A model generated the notes under the pieces. That model was not told where the DNA came from and made no database searches. It saw only the letters and a program-made list of their open reading frames with translations. Below are positions 25,801 through 38,500 of a stretch of DNA of 64,000 nucleotides, in pieces. This stretch comes from Azolla caroliniana (lineage: Eukaryota > Plantae > Polypodiophyta): the NCBI GenBank assembly GCA_043228905.1, contig JBHGNT010000009.1, positions 6,696,001 to 6,760,000 on the forward strand, given 5' to 3'. A program made the translations under genes and the position numbers. How positions within the stretch are numbered: position 1 is the first letter of the stretch; the number at the start of each line of letters is the position of its first letter.

Positions 25801-28663
25801 AGTGTCCGGACTGTCGTGGCCCCACGCCTTGGCAGCCCTCTCTAAAAATCCTCTTAGTTCTCGCCACCGAGGGACTCGCGGTTTCGCTCGTGGTTCGGTC
25901 GCACCGTCAGGAATTGGACCGAATGACGCCCGTCCTAACTCTTGACCCTCGCGTAAGCCGACCCGTTGTCCAGCACCTTGGTGTCCATTCGTACTGCCGT
26001 AATGTACGGTTCTCCCAGTATGACCGGGTGCGAGGACGTCTCCTGGACAAAGAAGTGCTGGTCTATCTCGATGTCGCCGATCTTGACTCGCATGTTTGGG
26101 CAGGCCCCGTGTAGTTCCTCGGTGGCACGCGTCGCCACCCATATCTTCCACCCGTGCTTAGTGTTGATCGGCCATTTCCCCTTCTTGTAGAAGTCCATGG
26201 ACATCAGGTTTATTTCCGAACCATGGTCCACCAACGCCACCACCGGTTCCTGAACATCTCCGATCTTCACCGGGGTTTCTGTGGTCGCTCGGGCCCAGTG
26301 TGGCCTGAAATAGTGGCTCTCCGCCCACTCGTCTTCCAGTGCCATGTCCTCTATGTGCGCCGTCCGCACCTGCACCGGCCTTTCCGGTTCTGTCTCTGTC
26401 GACAGCCTCTTCCTCTTCACCAAGTCCACGATGGAGTCGTGGAACTCCTTGGTGATTCCGAGCACCTCCTGCAACGACAGTTCCACTTTGCTGTCGAGGA
26501 TTCGTTCTTCCAGGACCTTTCGTAGATCCGTGGTCCTTTCGATCTCCGTGCCCAAACGGTATCCGCCCTTCTTGTGGTTATCCCAAGCGCTGGACTCACC
26601 GGCCTCGTTCCGTTTCGGCCCGAATCGGGTTTCGTATCTCTGTGAGGGTCCGGCCCCTCCGGGTTTACCTACTCATTTGTCTTCAACTAGAGCCTCGTAG
26701 TTCTGGCAAGCTGCTTCGACGAAACCCGTCTTTTCTTCGACCGGGTCACTCCACCCGGTTACCTCCTGGACCCGCTTCTCCGTGCGGTCCGCCTCGTCTC
26801 TCTTTAGTCGGGCACTGGCGAGGCCTTCCAACACCGTCGGCCAGAACCCGGCTTTGCTCTCCTTCCGGGCCTCGCTGCCTCCGACCCGAATATCGGCTGA
26901 CGCTGAGTAGTGGACGATCTCCGCATGCCGGGCTGCCGCCTCTTCCATCAGCCTTTTCATTCCTCCCTGCCCGTCGTTTCGGTTCAGGGCTCTCCGGGTA
27001 TCTCTGGCGTGCACCCGACCTTCCCTTAGGTACACTACCCGGCTTCTCAAAGCCTCCGTAAAGTCCCCGCAGTCTTTCCGGATGTGGCCGACCTCGTCGC
27101 ACCACATGCACCTATTTCCCGCCGGAGGCCGTCGGTCACGAGCCTGATCGCCGCCTTCCCTCTGAGCCTGGGCGATCTGGAGATCCTTTATTGCTCATGT
27201 CAACTCCTCCAAAGCTGTTCCCCCGGACGAGCCTCTGACCACGCCGGTCGAAGCCGAACCGGTTTCGAGCCACTCCCGGGTCTCTTCCCTTCGCGCCTGC
27301 GGTATCGGTTCGAGCTTCCTTGCTGCGACAGGTCCCGCCCCGGTCGCCTCTGTATCAGCCCACTCCCACCGTTTGTCAAAACGGCCACAGACTCTTTTTA
27401 CCACGGCCCAGTCGGCCGTCAGCCCGTCTTCGGTTTCCAGTAAGGAGCCCACTTGCTCTCGATCCCGTGCGTCAACCGATTTGACAAACAGTAGGACACG
27501 ACTTGTGTCTAGAACGGTCCGGTCGAGCGGCGAAAGGCGCGCAAAGCATTCCTCAAACTCCCGGAGGAGTATCGACACATTTCTTCCTTTGTTGGGGGAC
27601 TCCACCCACTCCATGAAGCCCCGCTTCGAAAGTCGAAGCGCGTCATCCAGCCCGTATTTCTCCAGGAGCCGTCCTTCGAACTCCTCCCAGGTCCGGCTCT
27701 CTGCCCGGACCTCGAGCACCTCCGCATGGATGCCCGGCATTGCCACTCGAGGGAATCCGGCAAGACGCCTCTCTTCCGGAATATCCCTCATCAACATCTC
27801 CGCCCGGTAGGACGCCAAATAACTCGTGGCATCCTTTCCACTGAACCGGCTGATCATACCGACGATCGCCTCAATAGCCCTGTCAAGGGCGCCGGTGCCC
27901 TCGCGCGTGCTCACTATCCGGTCCACGGCCGAAGCCATGGCCTCTGCAAGATCCGACCCCCTCATCTTCTGCTCCTCTGCCGCCTTGTTCACGTCGGGTT
28001 CACCAAAGATGTCGTGTTACTACGCACGTGCGTGGAGAAACGAGGCGGGACCACCGGGGTCTTGAACCGAAGAGCAGGTGATAGAAGGGGAAAGAGAAAG
28101 AGAGAGACGGCCGTTTGCGTGTGAGCAAAGGAACACGGGGGGGCACGGCCCGTCAACGCAGAAGACACGAATGGACACAGAGACAGAGAGACACAAATGT
28201 TTGTATATTAACGAATAACAAAATAAACAACAGAGCACGCGAGCGGTTACAACCGAACAGGCCGGCGAACAGATGCCGATGCTTGTTCGTCTGCGCACGA
28301 AAGGGGATAGGATGGAGGTGTTGCCGGAAGCACACGAGCGTTCCTCGAAGCAGCGCGAGCCTCCCGAAATCCTGCAGAGAAGAGCGATGGAGAATGAACA
28401 GAGGAGAAGCGTTCGGTTACGGTCCGGCAACACTTCGCCCTCCTCAATGCGCAATCCCTTTCTCCCCCGCGTCGCCCTCTCTTTTACAGCTTCAAGAAGG
28501 GAGCCGTCTCCCTCATTTACTTCCTACCTACCGAATCTAACTACCCAAGATATACCTATGTACCTAATTCCCTATTATATACATTAAATGGCGCGCACGC
28601 GTGAAGAGCCGGTTCACGTGCTCTATGCACCGATTGCGCTAAGGGACGGTTTTCTTCACGACA
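22826..28663 (-). mobile_element. GC-rich non-chromovirus Ty3/gypsy element, tRNA-Trp primed; gag, protease and integrase present, RT deleted
   Basis: 5' LTR 28010-28663 (TG..CA); 3' LTR ~22826-23462, missing ~16 bp and the TSD; PPT from 23463. Gag 27195-27992 plus CMWCDEVGHIRKDC; protease ALVDHGSEINLM; RNase H tail IIETDCLP..LRWIAYI; integrase VDLV..ADRGE..YNPEANGKVER; GPY module. Confidence 0.92.
27988..28005 (-). promoter_or_regulatory. Primer binding site complementary to the tRNA-Trp 3' end (also at 54417-54434)
   Basis: Plus strand ttcacgtcgggttcacca matches the plant tRNA-Trp 3' end plus CCA as I recall it; it lies 4 nt from the LTR. Confidence 0.85.
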
Positions 28664-29754
28664 GCGGGTCTAGTAGCTAATTAGTCCAACATGTATTGAT
28701 TTAGCTCCTCGTATTGATTTCTTCCAACACGTTTCCTGCATAAATCCTTTTTATTGGGTGAAACCCTTCTCTCATTAGTCCAAAACATTGTGATTACATC
28801 CTTGATTTCAAATGTTATGGGTGTCATTGGCTTACATCTTGTAGTTAGCTTTAGTAGACTAGTTCCTTCACCCGAGGAAATTATACGGTTCATTGTATTG
28901 TACACTGTTTTTGTACTAACACCAATTACCTTAGATAGCTCACTGATGTTTATATCGTCAACATCACTATTAAGTAACATCATTAGACTAGACCTTTTTA
29001 AGACAAGATCATCTTCTGACCTGCTCATGGATACGAAACTATTACGAAGATTATTTACTAAAATAGATGATATGTTTGCATTAAGACCATCACAATCAAC
29101 TAAGTCCTTTATCGATGGATCATTACATATTCCATAAAGTACTACCTTCTTTTCTTCATTGCTGATGTGCTTGGTTTGAACATTGAAATAGTCTACAACC
29201 TATCTCTCTATGATGGTAGTCGCATTACTTACATTCTCAGCTAAACTATCCTTACCTTTACTGAGTGTGGCTTTCGTATCCTTCAACAATTGACGATGTT
29301 TCCTTTTTTTTTCTGCCCAATAGTTTCGTATGGCTTGTTGTGTCCTAATAACATCATCCCTATCGTTATGATCAGTGAGGGGTAATTCTAAACACCCTTC
29401 TTCCCCTTCCATTTGGTTGGACATGTTAAAACCCTAAATTTCCAGAAAAAAAAACAAGTATTAAAGATGGCTATGGGCAACAACAATACACAAAAATATT
29501 CCACAATACACAAGATTAGACACAACAATACACAAGATAATCAATAGACAGAAAAGTTATTGCAATCCAAGACCGAACAGTAGAGGATTTCACTCCGTTG
29601 GATCGAACAGTTGAGGAGGCGATCCAAGACCGACCAATGGCAACAACTGAGTATAGAATGTTGCCGTTGGATGAGTGAACTCCGTCAAATCGAAATGTGG
29701 AAGCAATCCGGGACTGGACAGTAGCGGCAAATGAGTATAGAATGATGGCAATGG

Positions 29755-30410
29755 AGGAGAGAACCCCGTCAGATTGAACAGTTACCGATGATGCTTGGAA
29801 CGCACATAGAAGGCACCTGAGAGTAGAGTGGCACAGAGAAGAGAACCCCGTCAGATTGAACAGTTACCAATGATGCTTGAAATGCACAGTAGCGGCCCCT
29901 GAGTGAGAGTGGAAAAGAGAAGAGAACCCCGTCAGATTGAATAGCTCTTTGATGATGCTTGGAACGCACAGTAGCGGCCCCTGAGTGTAGAGTGGCAAAG
30001 AGAAGAGAACCCCGTCAGATTGAACAGCTCTTTGATGATGCTTGGAACGCACAGTAGCGGCCCCTGAGTGTAGAGTGGCACAGAGAAGAGAACCCCGTCA
30101 GATTGAACAACTCTTTGATGATGCTTGGAACGCACATCAGCGGCCCCTGAGTGTAGAGTGGCACAGAGAAGAGAACCCCGTCAGATTGAACAACTCTTTG
30201 CTGATGCTTGGAACGCACAGTAGTGGCCCCTGAGTGTAGAGTGGCACAGAGAAGAGAACCTCGTTAGATTGAATAGCTCTTTGATGATGCTTGGAATGCA
30301 CAGTAGTGGCCCCTGAGTGTAGAGTGTCACAGAGAAGAGAACCCCGTCAGATTGAGCAGCTCTTTGATGATGCTTGGAACACACAGTAGCGGCCCCTCAG
30401 TGTAGAGTGG
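29755..30410. repeat. ~83-bp tandem repeat, about 8 copies, upstream of the element 1 transposase
   Basis: Unit gagaagagaaccccgtcagattgaacaactctttgatgatgcttggaacgcacagtagcggcccctgagtgtagagtggcaca. ORF-track starts at 29969, 30052, 30135 and 30218 are 83 bp apart. Degenerate copies extend to ~29550. Confidence 0.95.
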
Positions 30411-33024
30411 CGGCAGGTGGACTCGATAGGGTTTTGCAACAGTGGTAGCAACTAAACCACAATACTCAACTAGAGATGGCCTACGTGATGTGGCAAAGGA
30501 TCATGCATAATGGACCTAGGAATTCGATATATAATTTATGGTACACATTTATGGTGCACACATCAATTTATGTTGCACATTTATGGCACTCATTTACATA
30601 TGTAATTAAAACACTCTAGTATTTTCAATGGTAGTTTTTTGCATACTTAATTTATTAATGATGGCTTTTTACTAAAATGACTATTTATCAATGGTAGCTT
30701 TTTGCATAGCTAATTAGCTATGTCAAGGACATAGCTAATTGTTTCCACTCGCATGCTTTCACCCCTCTCTCTTTCTGTCTGTCTGTCTCTTTATCTTGGT
30801 TACACACACTTACAAGAATGATAACCACCTTCTATCGCTCACACTATGTGGTTTCCCTAAGTCATATTTATACTCATATGACTTTAGGGCTATTTACAAA
30901 TATAGCCTCAATGGGCTTACTCTACCATATTTACAAATATGTCCTTCGATTTGGTTTGCACTGGATCCATTCAGATTCCCTCGATCCGGTTTCCTGGTCT
31001 CATCTGGCTCGTCTGATCCAGCTCATCCGGTTCTCATTTGGATTCCATCCAAAGGGACCGAATTCCCAACAAACTCCCCCTTCACTCCGGCATGGGATGT
31101 TTCGTTAGCCCGATTCGCCTTCGACACGCATCTAGCTTGTCGCCTTCGACACGCATCTAGCTTCGACACGTACAGGAGCAATATCAGGAAATCTCCTCCG
31201 TCAAATTTCTTCACAAACACGCAATGATCGGCTTGCGTCTTGTGGTACCCTTGATCTGTCATGAATGAGTCGAACTTCTGGTACCATTGCCGGGGAGCTT
31301 GCTTCAAACTGTCTAGGCTCTTCTTCAATTAGAAAACCAGGTGCTCCTTCCCTCTCTCCACAAATCCTTCCGGTTGTTGCATGTAGATTTCTTTTTCGAG
31401 GTCACCATGGAGGAATGCCATTTTGACATCTAGTTGCTCTACCTCAGGGTTCATGCTTGCCCCTATGCTCAACACTATCCGGATGGAAGTCATCTTAACT
31501 AACGGGGCAAAGATTTCGCCGAAATCCACTCTTTTCTTTTGCTGGAAACCCTTGACCACGATCCGGGCCTTGTACCTCGGTGGATTTCCAACGTCTCCCA
31601 ATTTTAGTTTGTACACCCACTTGTTCTAGAGTGCCCTCTTTCCTTTCGGTAGCTCCACCAGTTCGTATGTGTGGTTCTCATGTAGGGAATCCATTTCATC
31701 CTGCATGGCACTTAACCACTTGCGGCTGTGGGTGTCTTTCTTTGCTTCTTCGATGCTTTCTGGCTCCCCCCCATAAGTTTGAAGTACATGCTCTGGATCT
31801 GGACATCTCCGGGGGGCTTTTCTCTCCCTTAGCCGATACCTCCGTCCTTGGCTTTCAGCAACCGGTTCTTCCATTTGTTCCTCATCCGAATCCGTTTCGG
31901 GGTCTTGTCCGGTTCCGGTTTCAACTTCCTCTTCTTCTTCTTCGGTCGGTTCGGTTTCTGCTCCGAATTCGGCTGGTTCTTCGAGTGTCATCCGGCTTCC
32001 AACTAGATGGGTCCTCAACTCTTTCAGCTGATCTTTGCCTGTCGACCCGGAATTCATTATCTTTTCTCCGATTCCCAGTCGGCAATGGTCTTATCCTCCA
32101 TGAAGATAATGTCCCGACTCCGGAAAACCTTCTTGTCGACTATATCCCACACTCGGTAGCCAAACTCGTTGTCGCCATATTCGAGGAATATGCATGGCCG
32201 TGACTTTGGATCCAACTTTGCTCTCTTGTCCTTCGCAACATGCACAAAAGTGAGACACCCGAACACCTTCAGATGCCGATAAGACACGTCCTTACCGACC
32301 CATACTCTCTGCGGTGTGTCTCCATCCAAGGGTACTGAGAGTGATATGTTTATCACGTAGGTCGTTGTCATCGCCGCCTCAGCCCAAAATGTCTTGGGTA
32401 GCCTTGCATGTGCTAGCATGCTCTGAACTCTCTCCATCACGGTCCGGTTTATCCATTTGGTCAGCCCGTTTAGTTCCAGCGTCTTCGGCATGATGAATTC
32501 GACCTAGATTACCTTTGATCGACATTACTCCTCGAACTGCCCCCGGTACTCTCCTCCGTTATCTACTCGAACCGCTTTCAGTTTCCGGCCGGTTTCTCTT
32601 TCCACTCTCGCGTGGAGTTCCTTGAAGACAAACAACACTTGATCCTTTGTCTTCAACGGTGAGACCCATAGCTTCCGGCTGTGGTCGTCTATGAACGTCA
32701 TGAAGTACTGCGATCCGGCATGTGACTTCGTGTCCACTTGACACACATCGGTATGCACCAACTCTAGTGCTGCATTCTGTCTTATCGGTGGCCTTGACTG
32801 GAAGGAGGTTCGGTTTTGCTTGCCGGCCAAGCAATCGGTGCACTTTCTCAAGATGCATGTCCTTCACCTCCGGAATGACATTGTCTTCGGCAAGTTTTCT
32901 CATCCCTTTCCGGCTCGTATGGCACAATCTCTTGTGCCACAACTCACCGACAGTGTCAAATGCTATGTTCACTTCTTCCTGGCATATCCGAGTGTGTATC
33001 AGGTATAGTGTGTTCATCTTCCGG

Positions 33025-33726
33025 TGTCGTGAAGATTCCGGGCCATAAGCGGAAACAAGGTGAAACGCGCAGGAACATCGGTATATGCGAGTGCACGCCT
33101 TGAGGGGAATTAAATAGGATAAGTACTAGGCATGAGTATAAGGAGGGGTACTAGGTAGATAGAGCATTAAAGAAGATGTAGACATCGCATAAGTAGGGAG
33201 AGTTACAAGGAGAGAATCTAGGACGAAAAAGTGATGGGTCATGAATGCTTGTAACGGTCGTTCCTTGTGCTATAAAAGGGGTGACCTTTGACTATCTTCG
33301 GGATGCCATCTAGAGGAAAGGATACATAGAGAACGAACGAGGACTAACCGAGGAAGAAGGCGCTTCCCCTACTCGCGTCAGACGCCCGAGTGCTCCCGAC
33401 CTGGGGATCGACCTTCTGCACACCGACGTCTCTTTGTACCTGGCTATTTGCCAAAGCTCCACGCTCCGTCACCGCTCACAGCACCGTGCACCTGTGTTTT
33501 AATAGAACTCTTTCTACCTAACATACTTTGTTCTCAATGTCTTTGTCCGTGTCTGTGTCTACGCGTGACTCTCTTACTCTCTCTTGTTCGCTAGACTACC
33601 CGCTCTCCCGTGTTCTCAAGACCTACACGATCCCCAAACTCCTCCCTCCTCGCTTTCCTGATTCCTTGGATCGAGACCCCCGTGGTCCTGCCTGACTTCT
33701 ACGCATCCGCGAGGATAACCTCAACA
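33025..33726 (+). mobile_element. Solo LTR related to the Trp-primed gypsy lineage, inserted in copia A pol
   Basis: Starts TGTCGTGAAG (same terminus as the 28663 LTR end) and ends ..CAACA; TATAAAAG at 33271; flanks CCGG/CCAG. Removing it restores copia sequence colinear with 45061-45100. Confidence 0.78.
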
Positions 33727-34966
33727 CCAGGCTCGAGCCACGATCAGGCTTCCTGTGCTGAACTTCATGACTCCGTTCCTGATGCTACTTGTGTAGCCTT
33801 CACGAGTAGCCTTCATCATCTAGCCGACCGGCTGATATCAGGTTCAACCAAACCTCCGGAACGTGTCAGACATCCTTCAACAACAATTTGTATTCGGTTG
33901 ATGTTGTCAACAACACATTTCCTATGCCGAAAATTTGGCATGTGCCTTCATTCCCCATCCGAACACAGCCGTGATCACCAACTGTGTAGGATGAGAAGCA
34001 TCTCCGGTCCGGTGTCAAATGGAATGAAGCTCCGGAATCGACAACCCACGTTGTCTCATCGCTGAAAAGGTTTAGCTCGCTCTCCTCAATGATGAGCATC
34101 AGTTCTTCTTCACTTGTCGCGATCGTCACCGTTCCTTTTCTCTCTGAGATCTTCTTCGGTTCCGTGCCTTCAGCTCCCCCTTTGGATTTCCGGAAGTGTT
34201 GGCAATTCTTCTAGAAGTGCCCCGACTTTCCGCAGTAAAAGCAAGTGGGCCTTCCCCTTGACTTTGATCTTGTCCCCGATTTGTCCCGGTTTTGGGGACT
34301 CCGGTATCGACCTCTTCCCCGGTTATGGTCATCTTCCGTGACCAAGGCCTTCGGATCGGTTCCGGACTCCTAGTCCTTCTGGGGAGCTTCTTCATCTAGC
34401 AAGTTTGATTTTACCCTTGCTAGGGATAATTGCTTTCCTTCCGGCCTAGTGTTGCCCAAGGTGACAACTAGTGTCTCCCAACTGCCCGGGAGGGAACCGA
34501 GTAGGAGCAATGCAAGTACTTCGTCGGCTAGAGGGACTTCAAGCAAAGTTGTTTGATTTATAAGCTGCTGAAATGCGTTCATATGCTCCACCATGCTGGA
34601 TCCATCCTGGTACCGGAGTCTCACTAACTTTCGAAATACCGAACACGATTTAGGAGGTTTTTACTCTCCTGCATGATGCTGATTTTCTCCCAGAGCACAT
34701 GAGCTTTACTTTCTTCATTGAAGTTGTTGTACAGGCTCATGTCGATGAAGCACCGGATGTACGCCGTTGTCTTCATGTGCATCATCTCCCATGTCGTGGC
34801 ATCGATCTTGTTCGGTTTCTTGTCCCCGAACTGTACCGGCAACTAGAGATCTTTGACCACGAGCATGTCCCTCATCTTTGACTTCCACACTGGGTAGTTG
34901 GAGCCGATGAGCTTGAACATGCTGCCGAATGATTCTTCCATTCTCTTGTTCGCTCTGATACCAGAT

Positions 34967-35262
34967 TGAAGAGAAATCACATGGAATATTGCTTGGCTAC
35001 AACCGAGACTTCAATCACTCTATGGAGAATCAAACATAGAAAATGGAAGAAGGAGAAGAATGCACGTACACAGACAATGGTAAAGAGTATACAATGTGTT
35101 TTACGTGGAAAACCCTAATAGGGAAAAACCATGGGAGCCCACAAACTCCTAACTATCACTATATGAAGATCTCAAAGAGGTTACAAGAATGAAGATCTCA
35201 AAGGCAACAACCTTGAAATCTCCCTTCGCCAATGGGTGGATACAACAGAGTATAACTCCGTA

Positions 35263-35333
<71 letters not shown>

Positions 35334-35592
35334 GGCTACACACACTTACAAGAATGATAACCTCCTTCTATCACTCACACTATATGGTTGCCTTAAGTCA
35401 TATTTATACTCATATGACTTAGGGCTATTTACAAATATAGCCTTAATGGGCTTACTCTAACATATTTACAAATATGTCCTTGGATCCAGTTTGCATCGGA
35501 TCCATCTGGATTCCCTCGATCCGGTTTTCGGGTCTCATCTAGCTCCTCCGGTTCTCATTCAGATCCCATCCGGAGGGACCAAATTCTCAATA
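34967..35592 (-). repeat. 5' LTR of copia A (626 bp) with long (CT)n tract
   Basis: Matches 15273-15575 joined to 30765-31071; adjacent to the PBS. Confidence 0.9.
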
Positions 35593-38500
35593 TAAGAGCC
35601 ATACACGATCTCCTACTTGAAACGTAGTCGATGAATCACACAGATGACGGTCAATAATCTTCTTTTGAGTGTTTTGGGCATCACATAAATGAGGCAAAAG
35701 TATATCTTGAAATTCTTGGAGTCGAGTGAGCCGATCTTCAGTAGCCGATTTTCGGGAGTTCGGGATGTTCAAGCATCATCCAACGAGGATGGTACCCAAT
35801 GTTAGCAAAAAATGGGGAATATCTAATAGAAGAATGTTCAGAGTTGTTGTAAGCAAATTTTGCCAAATGTAATAGTTGACAAAACAACGTAGATATTGTT
35901 CGACTATTTGGTTGGTTCGCTCACTCTACCCATTAGTCTCGGGATGGTAGCCGGAAGAGAGTTTACAAGAAGTATGTAAGAGTTTGAACATATGCTGCCA
36001 AAATTTCGAGATGAATTGGGGATCCCAATCACTGATAATATCATCTGGAAGACCATGATGGCGAAACACCTCCCGCATGAGTAAATCTGTTGTCTCTTGA
36101 CTAGAAGTGGTCTTCGTGCATGGAAGGAAATGCGCCATCTTTGTAAAACGATCGACTACCGTGAGAATAAAATCAAATGCCTTGGAAGGTGGAAGATCCG
36201 TAATAAAGTCCAAGGAAATAGATTTCCATGGGCTCTCCAGAATAGGCATTGGCTGGAATAAGCCATATGGATGATGTAGAGGCTTTTTTGATCGGCAACA
36301 TGTATCACAACTACGAACATAATACGTAACAAAATGGCAAAGCTATGACCACCAATATCGGCGAGAAATCAACTCAAAAGTCTTGTGGATGTCGAAATGT
36401 CCAGCCATTGGTGTGTCATGACATTGTTGCACGACTTTGAGTCGAGAAGGACCGTCAGGCACATACAAGAGAGTATGTCGAAAAAGTAAACCATCATGCC
36501 AACTAAACTGGGTGTAGTCTAGACGAGGATTTTGAGATTGGGATTTGGAAGCACGATATGGGATAATATGACTCAAAACCTCTTGGGCGAATGCATCAGT
36601 TGCAATTTGCGCCTGAATGGAATCAAGAAGCCTTGAATCTCCCAGTGTGATGATAGTATGCATTGCCATTAATAGTAGAAGATTAGGACCTAAGAGGATT
36701 TGCTTTTGACTTTCAAATGTGGCCTCTCCTGGTTGAAGTTCCATATACGAACGTTGAGATAAAGCATTTTCTTTTCCTTGTTGCATCCCAGGGCGATATA
36801 GAATTAAGAAATCAAAACGAGTTAAGAATTGCACCCAACGAGCTTGTCAATGATTCAAGACTTGAGCACTTTGGAAGTATGTTAAATTTTTGTGATCATT
36901 GTAGACAATAATCTGTTGAGAACAACCTTCCAAAAAATGATGCCATTGTTGAAAAGAATCCACAATGGCAAGAAGCACTTTGTCGTGAATCTCATAGTTG
37001 ATTTTTGCGGCTTCAAATTTCCATGAGTGAAAAGCCACAGGGTGCAATTCGTCATCTTCGCCAATTTGGGATAGTATGCTTCCGAGTGAGAAATTAGATG
37101 CATCAACTTCAAGTATAAAGCACCTCATTGGATCGACATGCATTAAAATTGGTGCAGATGTAAACACTTGCTTTAACCCTCAAATGTAGAGTTCACATCT
37201 TTACCCCATACAAATGGTCAATTCTTGCGCATTAGTTGAGTGAGGGGCAATACAATCTTTGAATAATCTTTGATGAACTTGCGATAAAAGTTTGCGAACC
37301 CCAAAAAACATTGTACATCTCGCACAGACTATGGTGTTTGCCAATCCAAAATTGTTTGAACCTTTGATGGATCCATAGAGATGCCATTCGAAGAGACTAT
37401 GTACCCCAAAAATTCCACTTGACATTGGTCGAAACTACACTTCTCCAACTTTGCATGGAGACCATACTCTCATAACCATTGTAAAACTTGGCGAACATGT
37501 ATCTCATGCTCCTCTTGAGTTTTTGAGTAGATCATGATATCATCCAAGTAAACTATGATGAAGATATCAAGGAAGTCTAAAAAAATGTCATTCGCCATAT
37601 GTTGGAAAACTGTTGGTGCATTCGTGAGACCAAATGGCATCACTGTATACTCAAAATGACCATAGTGAGTGCGGAACGTAGTCTTCCATTCATCCCCAGG
37701 ACGAATTTGAACAAGGTTGTAGGCACCTCGAAGATCTAACTTTGTGAAATAGTTTGCTCCATTGAGGTGTTCTAGAAGGCTTGAGATCAATGGTAGAGCA
37801 TATCGGTTTCTAATAGTCACTTTATTTAATCCACGACCATACCAAGCGTACCATCTTTCTTCTTAACGAAAAAGATGGGTGCATCAGCAAGAGATCTTGA
37901 ATGTTGGATAAAACCATTTGCCAGGTTCTCATCGATATATTCTCAAAGAACCTCTAATTCCGTGGGCGAAACGTTATAAATTGGCCCCCTTGGAGGCTCT
38001 TTTGCTGGCTGCAAATCAATCGTATGGTTGATGCGTTGGTAGTCTATTAGCCTTCACCTTATCGAACACATCGGAGAATTCTATGTACTTCTTTGGTAGC
38101 TGGACCCCCAATTCTTGTGAGCTAGATGAGGGAGTTGCTAAAACCGTAAAAATCATCATGTCTTCATCCCTTCCATCCTCTCGTAACTGATGTATAGAGA
38201 TTGTTGAAATCGTGTGGGATCCTAGATCCTTTGTTGGAGTTTCAAGAGACTCGGACTATACTATGACCTCTTCAATAGTTCTTGTGCTCCAATCAATAGT
38301 TGGGTTATGTAACTCAAACCAAGGAAGACCAAGAACTAGAGAATGCTCTGGACTACTAATGATGTTGAACGAGATGACACTACCCAAATTACCTAGGACT
38401 ACACGAATTGGTTCAGACTCTTCGACTATATCACCTGATGCTATAGGGTGACCATCGATGACTCCTACAACTACTGGGTTTGAGAGCAGATGATGTTTTG

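Larger units (their letters stand above)
20981..29424 (-). pseudogene. Sola2-like DDD transposase of element 1 (segments 29424-28681 and 22822-20981), interrupted by a gypsy element and stop codons
   Basis: RVSPNKKDLCR, KPHFVRRLKD.YTCCCIYH, Cys-rich CTCGCPIC/CVMGLCQDC, VVDFAENYTF..Q.EIQSMHW, KKHDTLFVQHCF, WVWSDEAVSQFK, FFGSGHGKGEHDGAG, CFCFHC. Confidence 0.85.
15576..30764 (-). mobile_element. Sola2-like TIR DNA transposon 1 (~9.3 kb without the nested gypsy)
   Basis: 25-bp TIRs GGGT(A/G)AAAGCATGCGAGTGGAAACA at 15576-15600 and 30740-30764 (1 mismatch); 4-bp TSD CTCT (15572-15575, 30765-30768). Removing it restores the copia LTR. Transposase motifs DFAENY, WSD.A.SQFK, GHGKGEHDG. The superfamily is assigned from recalled motifs and GRG termini. 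Confidence 0.85.
15273..35592 (-). mobile_element. Ty1/copia LTR retrotransposon A (Tork/Tnt1-like), decayed; hosts Sola2-like element 1 in its 3' LTR and a gypsy solo LTR in pol
   Basis: TSD TAAGA (15268-15272, 35593-35597). 5' LTR 34967-35592; 3' LTR 15273-31071 minus the insert 15576-30764. tRNA-Met PBS (TGGTATCAGAGC) 34952-34963, PPT 31072-31088, gag ATG 34941. Motifs WVVDSGASFH, LELVHTDVC, YKARIVVKGF, QLDVKMAFLHGDL. Late RT and RNase H are deleted at ~31170. Confidence 0.93.

Noticed and set aside
27988-28005. tRNA-like sequence
   Set aside because: Only the 3' 18 nt including CCA are present, next to an LTR; it is a PBS, not a tRNA gene.
29755-30410. Regular 83-bp repeats considered as a CRISPR-like array or a repeated peptide gene
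   Set aside because: Units are contiguous with no unique spacers, the context is eukaryotic with no cas genes, and the ORFs shift frame every unit.
15585-30755. Alternative element ends with a CATG TSD
   Set aside because: The inverted match extends outward to GGGT, and only the CTCT boundary restores the copia LTR and agrees with the element 2 termini.
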